Positions 26,241-32,000 of a stretch of DNA of 32,000 nucleotides are shown one piece after another (position 1 is the stretch's first letter; each line of letters opens with the position of its first letter). The stretch is from Sedimentisphaera cyanobacteriorum (GTDB lineage Bacteria; Planctomycetota; Phycisphaerae; Sedimentisphaerales; Sedimentisphaeraceae): positions 180,001-212,000 of the forward strand of contig NZ_CP019633.1 in assembly GCF_001997385.1 (NCBI RefSeq). The letters run 5' to 3'. Both the position numbers and the translations under genes were made by a program. The notes beneath the pieces are model-generated. The model saw only the letters and a list, made by a program, of their open reading frames with translations, was not told the origin of the DNA and did not search any database.

Positions 26241-26261
26241 CGAATCCAACCATTGGATTCG
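26241..26261. repeat. Perfect 9-bp-stem hairpin/palindrome just inside the IS end
   Basis: CGAATCCAA-cca-TTGGATTCG. It lies about 130 nt downstream of the transposase stop on the minus strand and could be a transcript terminator or stabiliser, or a transposase-end structure. Confidence 0.5.
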
Positions 26262-26393
26262 ACGGCTGTCTGGGGCAGACGGCTCAATTCTCTGTTTCCC
26301 AAACACCTTTTCTTAGCTTTTTATATGGTATCGTGTTTTCGCCAAAAAAACAAGCAAAATTACACGTCAAAACGAATAAAAACAGCCTTTTTA

Positions 26394-27761
26394 TCAATTC
26401 CAGCAGGCCTTTTTGCTTCGCCACAACTTCAAAAGGTTGTGCGTAGCGCAAATCAGCGACCACTCACCGCGGCAAGCCTCAATGCCTCGTTGCATAAATC
26501 GATCAAAACCGCGAACATCTTTAATCTGCCCAAACACTGGTTCGACTGTCTGACCTCGAATCTTATATAATTCTCGCCCTCGTTCGGTCAGCAGTTTACG
26601 TTCCATCAATTCTGTCGGCGACAAGCCGTCCGGTATCGGTTCTTCCGGCGGCGGTTGCTCGGCCATTGCCTTTCGCTGCTTATAATCTTTCTGTGTCGCC
26701 ACCAGCAACTCAATGTCACCAGCAGGCTCCTTTGTAAAATTATCTTCACTGCAATAGCCAGCATCTGCCAAAGCCACACCCATTTCCTCTTCGATTTCAA
26801 CGGCCTGTCGATTTTCTTCGGCCTGCTCAAGCATCGGATGTAATTGCTGTTTATCATTTTCCTCTTGGGTCACATCCTCAGCAACGATAATCTGTTGCTC
26901 TGTTGTCACCGCCTGAGCATTAAGACCCTGAACGAAACCTTTTCGAGTTTTCATGATTCTGCTGTCGGGGTCGGTAACATTGGCTTTGGCATCTTTGTTT
27001 CCAGCTTCTTCGGCAGGTTTGGGCTTACGACCACGAGGCTTTTTGCCGGTATTTTCTTCTTTGGATTTCCGCTCATCTATCTTGTCCTGCTGTTGTTTTT
27101 CGGCTTCTGCTTTTTCCTGCTCTAAACGCTCTTTACAGGCCTTTAGACGGTTTATTCGGCTATTGCGGTCCCGCATATCTTCGGGCAGTTCATCGCCTCG
27201 CTTATCAGCGCCATAAGCTTTGTCTTCCTCGGCGTCTTTAGCGTCCGCCTCGGATAGCATCTTATCGATTTCCTGCTCCAGGTGCTTTAGTGTTCGATTG
27301 GCTGATAACGAAGCATTGGCTTTGATCTTTGTCCCATCCAATGAAACATTGCCGAGTTTAACAATGTCTGCTTCAACACAAAGCCTGAGGATTTCCAGAA
27401 ACAACTTCTTTAAATGCGACTGGTTATCCTTGCGAAATCGGCTGATCGTACTGTGGTCGGGATATTGATTGGCAGTAACAACTTTATAGGCTACATCCGT
27501 CTGGCAGTGCTTTTCTATCTTTCTGCTGGAACGCTCGCCGCTACAGTAGGAATATATCAGCAGAGCAACCATCATCGAAGGATGAAAAGCTGAATTGCCG
27601 ACTCCATCAGTACGGTATTTTTTGTAAAACTGCGATAGGTCGATTTGTTCAACCGCATCAAGAACAAACCACGCCAGATGATCTTCCGGCAGCCAATCCG
27701 TCAATGAGGGAGGCAGAAGATACGCCTGATTTCGGTCGCAAGGCAGGAAATTGTAAGCCAT
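26394..27761 (-). CDS. IS1182-family DDE transposase
   Basis: Has the N-terminal DUF772-type block (LLPPSLTDWLPEDHLAWFVLDAVEQIDL, FHPSMMVALLIYSYCSGERSSRKIE, YPDHSTISRFR, LDGTKIKANAS). A K/E-rich coiled-coil linker follows, then the DDE region (ALADAGYCSEDN) and the C-terminal VEPVFGQIK...CATHNLLKLWR. Confidence 0.9.
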   Translation of the reverse strand: MAYNFLPCDRNQAYLLPPSLTDWLPEDHLAWFVLDAVEQIDLSQFYKKYRTDGVGNSAFHPSMMVALLIYSYCSGERSSRKIEKHCQTDVAYKVVTANQYPDHSTISRFRKDNQSHLKKLFLEILRLCVEADIVKLGNVSLDGTKIKANASLSANRTLKHLEQEIDKMLSEADAKDAEEDKAYGADKRGDELPEDMRDRNSRINRLKACKERLEQEKAEAEKQQQDKIDERKSKEENTGKKPRGRKPKPAEEAGNKDAKANVTDPDSRIMKTRKGFVQGLNAQAVTTEQQIIVAEDVTQEENDKQQLHPMLEQAEENRQAVEIEEEMGVALADAGYCSEDNFTKEPAGDIELLVATQKDYKQRKAMAEQPPPEEPIPDGLSPTELMERKLLTERGRELYKIRGQTVEPVFGQIKDVRGFDRFMQRGIEACRGEWSLICATHNLLKLWRSKKACWN

Positions 27762-27858
27762 TTCGTAATCCTTTACATGTTTAGCAATCCTTTTGGCCTA
27801 TTATAACCGAAAAGCTGGATTTATTCACTTGTAAAAGAGCAATCACTGACAATTATTT

Positions 27859-29955
27859 ATGCAACAGGCTCTGATGTGTTTTGCTCTTTGGGGCACGGCC
27901 AGCGCCGAAGGGGTTGAGCTGATCTCTAATGGAGGATTTCAGGATCCCAACCTGCCCGGGGCGAACAATTATGTTACTACAGTGGCAGATTGGGTGTCAG
28001 GACACGATGACAATTTAGTTCGATTAGAGACCAAAGAGGAAGATAACAGAACAGCGGTTCCAGGCCTTGAAGGAAATCAGGTGCTTAGAATGACTGGGGG
28101 TTGGACCACCGGTGTTATCCAGCAGTCAACATACCATCCATGGTCTCAGGCAGAGGTTTACAGACTTTCGTTTAATGCCTGCTCTGCTCGCTGGGAAGCG
28201 CCAGCTACAGATGGCGTTATGGGTGCCCGCCTGCTTCAGGATGATGCAGAGATGACTGAGCTCTGGTCAACAGAATTCAATATGACTGGTACTCATACTG
28301 GTGAAACTGTAGTTGGGGATTGGGAGCCTTACCAAACATTCGAGTTTGAGATTGACCCTGCACTATTTTCTGGTGAAGGCGTTAGTGAAGGCTCTGATCT
28401 GATTTTAGAGGTTAGTTCAGTTAACCGTAATCATTGGGTTGATAATGTTTCCCTGCAGGCTGAACCGGCCGCTGGTGCACATAATCCTGTTCCTGCTTAC
28501 GGAGCAGAAAATGCAGGCACGCCGGCAGGAAATCTGGTTGATGTTAATTTGCAGTGGAACACCGGATTAGACCCAGCCAACCCTTCACAGATAAATCCTG
28601 CTATCACCGAGCATCATCTGTTTATGAGTGAAGACCAGAATGTTTCCGAAGACCCGAATCTATATTATGTTGACACTATCGCCCTGGGCACAGAATCTCC
28701 TGAGACAGCCAGCGTAACTGTTACAGGCCTTAACTTTGACGGATTGTACTATTGGAGCGTAGATGAGGGTTTAGGCTATCCGGTAGGCAGTCCAGATAAT
28801 ATTGCCGGTGCTGATTGGATGTTTGAGACGCAGAAAAGTGTTCCGATAATTACTCAGCAGCCTGAGAATCAGGTCGTTTCTACAGGCGATACCGCAACCT
28901 TTACAATAACTGCGGACAGCATTTCTCAGGAAACATATCAGTGGTACTTATCGGCTGACCAAGTGGCTGACCCTGCCCAGGATCAGGCTATTGGCTCTCC
29001 GGATACTGACCCAACCCTCACAATTGATAATGTTCAGCTCAGTGATGAAGGTTATTACTACTGCGAAGTAACTAATGACGGCGGAACGGCTTATTCAGAC
29101 GCTGCCGGTTTGGCAGTTAAGCGTATCGTAGCTCACTGGACATTGGACACCGCTGACTTTGTAAACGATACTTATCTGGACAGCAGCTCAGAAGGCCGCG
29201 ATGCGATTCCGTATGCCGTTCCTGCTGTTGATGCATTTGTTCCCGGAGTAGACCCTGCTAAGACCAATGAAGGCTTAGACCTTGACGAAAATCCTGATGC
29301 AGCAGCACTTGCAGGCACCGATTCACCCGCTGAATTCAGCGATGAAATCACTGTATCTTTGTGGGTTAAATCGGCAGGTGTTCCTGGAAGCTGGGTAGGC
29401 ATCGTCTCTAAACGTCAAGAACCCGATTGGCAGAGCGGTTCAGACTGGTACTGGACGATAGATCCTACAGGTGATAATATGAGCATTAACTCGGCAGGTG
29501 TAGATTCTGAGGGTTTGTCTTATGATCCTCCAGCCGAAGGTGAATGGACTCATCTTGCATTTACAGCTAATGCTGAAGGCGGAAAACTCTATTATAATGG
29601 CGTCAACGTTGACTCAGAGCCTGAGTTCGAGCTCAATAAAACTGATGCCGAGCTTGTAATTGGCGGCAGCATCTTGAGAGACGAAGGCACAATTGGCGGC
29701 GTGTTTAATGGAGTTATGGATGATGTGCGAATCTATAACTATGCCAAGGATGAAGCTGAAATTGCAGATCTCTACTACGATATAAGCGAAACCCCAGTTT
29801 GCAGCAATATCCTTGAATTGGACTTGCAGTTTGATGTTGCAGGCGGAGGCCCGGAAGGCGACCAGCCGGACTGCAAGATTGGTCTGCCGGACTTCCTTGA
29901 GTTTGCCTCTACATGGCTCAATTGCGGCCTATATCCAGAAGACTATTGTTATTAA
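27859..29955 (+). CDS. IS-disrupted secreted multidomain protein: CBM4_9-like jelly-roll module, FN3-like region, Ig (I-set-like) domain, LamG/concanavalin-like domain and a Cys-containing C-terminal tail
   Basis: The ATG at 27859 is IS-derived and has no SD. The native gene body starts at 27877. Domains are LISNGGFQDP...HWVDNVSLQ (27910-28458), PIITQQPENQVV...YYYCEVTNDGGTAYSDAAGLAV (about 28840-29121), and ITVSLWVK...WTHLAFTA...KLYYNGV...FNGVMDDVRIYNYA (about 29128-29778). Confidence 0.8.
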   Translation: MQQALMCFALWGTASAEGVELISNGGFQDPNLPGANNYVTTVADWVSGHDDNLVRLETKEEDNRTAVPGLEGNQVLRMTGGWTTGVIQQSTYHPWSQAEVYRLSFNACSARWEAPATDGVMGARLLQDDAEMTELWSTEFNMTGTHTGETVVGDWEPYQTFEFEIDPALFSGEGVSEGSDLILEVSSVNRNHWVDNVSLQAEPAAGAHNPVPAYGAENAGTPAGNLVDVNLQWNTGLDPANPSQINPAITEHHLFMSEDQNVSEDPNLYYVDTIALGTESPETASVTVTGLNFDGLYYWSVDEGLGYPVGSPDNIAGADWMFETQKSVPIITQQPENQVVSTGDTATFTITADSISQETYQWYLSADQVADPAQDQAIGSPDTDPTLTIDNVQLSDEGYYYCEVTNDGGTAYSDAAGLAVKRIVAHWTLDTADFVNDTYLDSSSEGRDAIPYAVPAVDAFVPGVDPAKTNEGLDLDENPDAAALAGTDSPAEFSDEITVSLWVKSAGVPGSWVGIVSKRQEPDWQSGSDWYWTIDPTGDNMSINSAGVDSEGLSYDPPAEGEWTHLAFTANAEGGKLYYNGVNVDSEPEFELNKTDAELVIGGSILRDEGTIGGVFNGVMDDVRIYNYAKDEAEIADLYYDISETPVCSNILELDLQFDVAGGGPEGDQPDCKIGLPDFLEFASTWLNCGLYPEDYCY
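27860..27870. repeat. IS terminal inverted repeat (transposase-proximal end)
   Basis: TGCAACAGGCT is the exact reverse complement of 26220-26230. Confidence 0.85.
27871..27876. repeat. Target-site duplication, right copy (CTGATG)
   Basis: Identical to 26214-26219. Confidence 0.8.
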
Positions 29956-29989
29956 AATGTTTTAGTCTTAAGCGATGTTAAATAAATTT

Positions 29990-30026
29990 CGCCGGATCGT
30001 TCTAATCAGCCGTCCGGCGTTTTATT
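29990..30026 (+). terminator. Rho-independent terminator downstream of the LamG gene
   Basis: CGCCGGA (29990-29996) pairs with TCCGGCG (30013-30019) across a 16-nt loop, followed by TTTTATT. It lies 35 nt after the stop codon. Confidence 0.6.
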
Positions 30027-30097
30027 GTCATAATGCTGCTTAATTTTTGGCGGCTTTAATAAAAATTTCAGAAAAGATTCTCTTAAGGGAGAAATTT

Positions 30098-32000
30098 ATG
30101 CCACATTCGTTAAAAATATTTCTGTTTGGGGCGATTGCCTTATCTTTGCTGCATGGCAATGCTGTACTTGGCGATGAACCCAGTTCAGCAAGCCAGATTG
30201 TAATAGATACTGCCTCTGATAAATTTTCTCAAATCGGCTTTACAATGCTCAATGATCCAAATTCTTTTGGCGGAACTATTGCAGTGGGCGATGGGGGCAA
30301 TTCTGCTCCAAGTTATGCCCGCTTCACCCCGAATATTGAAGGTCGTTTTGATGTGTATTTGTACTGGCGGGATTATCAGGATAAAGATGTTTTCGCTTAT
30401 TGGAATGTTAAGCATACCGGCGGGATAACTACTCATCCTTTCATCCAAAAGGAAAACCCCGGCTGGCATTTTCTGGGTACATACCAGCTTGATGGTGATT
30501 CTTACGTAGAACTGGACGGCACAAAAAAACAAAATGCTCAAATCGTGGCTGATGCTGTAAAGTTTGTTCCTGCAGCACAGCGTGTGGTTGAAAGAGCTGC
30601 CAAAAATACTATTACACCGGTTGAATTGAATATTGGCGACGAATTCCATTTTACATTACGCAGCGGTCAGGTTCGCCGCATAAGATTGCTCTCAACAGAA
30701 GCTCATATTACTGAAAGCCCAAACTACTCTTTTTCTGCCGAATTTGATATAGACGGAGAGAATTACCGTTTTGAGCGAATAGTTGCAGATCAGGCAAGTT
30801 TTTACGAGCCGTGGGTGGTTAATGGAATGCGAATCTGGCTGGATGCTGTGAGCGATATCTTTGAGGATGACGGAGGCTGGATGGTTCACAGGACGAAATG
30901 TCGTCCAAAACGGAAAGCCCGCATTGTGGTTAATGATTTGAGCGATCGAATCTGCCCGGAGCAAATTCATTGGTGGTATCCCGAGACACGCGAGAGCCCG
31001 GATATTCGAGACTGCTGGTATGGCAGAAATGTGTGGATAGGCCCGCAGAAACCAACATATACGCACGAAGGGCTGGATATTAATATGCCTCCGGAAACGC
31101 CGCTTTATGCCCCGATTGGTATTGATGACCATTACCTGTTCGATTCTTTGGAGGCAGGCGATATTAATAATCGCTGGCGTGGTGTTCGCCATTGGGATAA
31201 CGGGAGTACGTGGTGGCTCCAAGCGCACCATCTTGATGAAATGCTGGTGCCTGAACACGAAACTTTGAAGAAGGGCGAAAATTTTGCCCTTTCGGGGGGT
31301 GTTTACAGCGGCAGCCGTCCCCATACTCACTTTGCTTTTCGAGTTATTGAGGAAGGCCAAGCTTATTATATCGATCCATGGATTTTCTTTTGGCAGATGT
31401 TTAAAGATAATCCGCAGGATGAAATTGCAGAAGAGGATGAGTTGGTTTCTAACGGTGATTTTGAGCAGCCGCACAGGCCTGATGCCAACAATCTGCTGAT
31501 TGATGTGCCTAACTGGAATTCTATTGAAGGTACTCAGAAAAGAGTTAGGCTTGAATCCAAGTTTGTTGAAACCAGAAAATCTGTTCCGGGGCAGGAGGGT
31601 AATCAGGTGCTTCGGCTTCCCGCGGGAAACTCAACCGGAACAATTCGTCAGGTAATTGAGCATCCTTGGTCTTCAGGTGAACTTTTTCGCCTGAAATTTA
31701 ACGCATGCTTAGTTCGATGGCTTGCTAGCGCATCAGATGCAGTTATAAAGGCAAGCTTGCTTCAGGAGGATGGATCGCTTCTTTGGTCGTCCGAAATACC
31801 GATGACCTACACGCACACAGGCGATACAGAGGTAGGAGACTGGCTAGCCTGGCAGACTTTTGAGTTTCTTATAGATACTGATTCTTTTACTGGTTCAAAT
31901 ATTGATGAGGGAAGCAGCTTAATACTTCAAATAGAATTTCTGCAGCGAGACCATTGGGTGGATAATGTTTCGCTCAGTGTAATGAACGAATCGGATATTA
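30098..32000 (+). CDS. Secreted multidomain protein (at least 634 aa; the 3' end is beyond the window): signal peptide, golvesin-C-terminal-like binding domain, central region, M23 (LytM-type) metallopeptidase domain and CBM4_9-like module
   Basis: Absent from the supplied track because it has no stop in the window. I translated 30098-31999 by hand and found no stop in 634 codons. The SD is AAGGGAG, 6 nt before the ATG. The signal peptide is MPHSLKIFLFGAIALSLLHGNAVLG. The golvesin-like pattern is IVIDTAS..F...ARFTPNIEGRFDVYLYW...YWNVKHTGG...WHFLGTYQL...IVADAVKFV (30194-30568). The M23 motifs are HEGLDINMPPETPLYAP and SRPHTHFAF...YIDPW (31055-31393). The CBM-like module is LVSNGDFEQP...HWVDNVSLS (31439-31978). 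Confidence 0.85.
   Translation, partial: MPHSLKIFLFGAIALSLLHGNAVLGDEPSSASQIVIDTASDKFSQIGFTMLNDPNSFGGTIAVGDGGNSAPSYARFTPNIEGRFDVYLYWRDYQDKDVFAYWNVKHTGGITTHPFIQKENPGWHFLGTYQLDGDSYVELDGTKKQNAQIVADAVKFVPAAQRVVERAAKNTITPVELNIGDEFHFTLRSGQVRRIRLLSTEAHITESPNYSFSAEFDIDGENYRFERIVADQASFYEPWVVNGMRIWLDAVSDIFEDDGGWMVHRTKCRPKRKARIVVNDLSDRICPEQIHWWYPETRESPDIRDCWYGRNVWIGPQKPTYTHEGLDINMPPETPLYAPIGIDDHYLFDSLEAGDINNRWRGVRHWDNGSTWWLQAHHLDEMLVPEHETLKKGENFALSGGVYSGSRPHTHFAFRVIEEGQAYYIDPWIFFWQMFKDNPQDEIAEEDELVSNGDFEQPHRPDANNLLIDVPNWNSIEGTQKRVRLESKFVETRKSVPGQEGNQVLRLPAGNSTGTIRQVIEHPWSSGELFRLKFNACLVRWLASASDAVIKASLLQEDGSLLWSSEIPMTYTHTGDTEVGDWLAWQTFEFLIDTDSFTGSNIDEGSSLILQIEFLQRDHWVDNVSLSVMNESDI

Larger units (their letters stand above)
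26220..27870 (-). mobile_element. IS element, IS1182 family (IS5-like DDE), 1651 bp, single transposase ORF
   Basis: It has perfect 11-bp terminal inverted repeats, AGCCTGTTGCA and TGCAACAGGCT, flanked by direct CTGATG repeats. An intact 455-aa transposase lies inside. Excising it restores a continuous host ORF. Confidence 0.9.

Noticed and set aside
26127-26570. A 147-aa plus-strand track ORF spanning the pseudopilin stop region into the IS.
   Set aside because: It is a chimera. Its codons from 26187 are the orphaned signal-peptide start of the disrupted gene. The frame then reads through the IS inverted repeat and runs antisense to the 3' end of the transposase. The GTG at 26127 sits only 2 nt after the AGGA, too close for an SD.
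30185-31474. Two track ORFs on the minus strand (30185-30649, 154 aa; 30692-31474, 260 aa).
   Set aside because: They lie antisense to a 634-codon plus-strand frame that has an SD, a signal peptide and recognisable golvesin-like, M23 and CBM-like motifs. Their own translations have no recognisable motifs and odd composition, so they are shadow ORFs.
1-32000. A search by eye for CRISPR arrays, tRNA/rRNA genes, prophage, integrase or toxin-antitoxin pairs.
   Set aside because: I saw no regularly spaced direct repeats and no cloverleaf-compatible or rRNA-like segments in the intergenic regions, all of which are under 620 bp. I recognised no integrase or TA-like small gene pairs.

Overview
This is a chromosomal window of mixed GC with several AT-rich patches. 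It looks like a PVC-superphylum bacterium, possibly Planctomycetota/Phycisphaerae-like. That placement is an inference from two prepilin-leader H-X9-DG-type proteins plus secreted LamG/CBM/Ig proteins.

Bases 1 to about 23.2 kb are mostly housekeeping:
- purD, cut at its 5' end by the window, followed by a GT2 glycosyltransferase.
- A 10-gene minus-strand run: small membrane protein, PAS histidine kinase, NarL-type regulator, OYE flavoenzyme, rnc, pyrR-pyrB-pyrC, a YacP/NYN protein and an AmmeMemoRadiSam-type radical SAM enzyme.
- Two tandem DUF21-CBS (CNNM/CorB-like) genes.
- A plus-strand run: REC, pyrH, frr, AsmA-like, YihY, SEDS (RodA/FtsW).

Accessory content has two parts. A low-GC, solitary DpnI-family methyl-directed restriction endonuclease is wedged between purD and the glycosyltransferase. 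From 23.3 kb to the window end, an AraC/PocR regulator is divergent from a pseudopilin-like gene and two large secreted multidomain proteins.

Key observations from reading the sequence:
1. A 1651-bp IS1182/IS5-like element with perfect 11-bp terminal inverted repeats and a CTGATG target duplication has split the signal peptide of the CBM-like/Ig/LamG protein.
2. The six-frame track misses a 634-codon plus-strand ORF running from 30098 past 32000 (golvesin-C-like + M23 peptidase + CBM-like), because it has no stop in the window. The two minus-strand track ORFs there are shadows.
3. The two large proteins share a module of about 185 aa.
4. The 612-bp divergent intergenic region carries nested and mutually exclusive hairpins ending in a T-run.

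No rRNA, tRNA or CRISPR array was seen. All family assignments come from motif recognition by eye, not from database searches.
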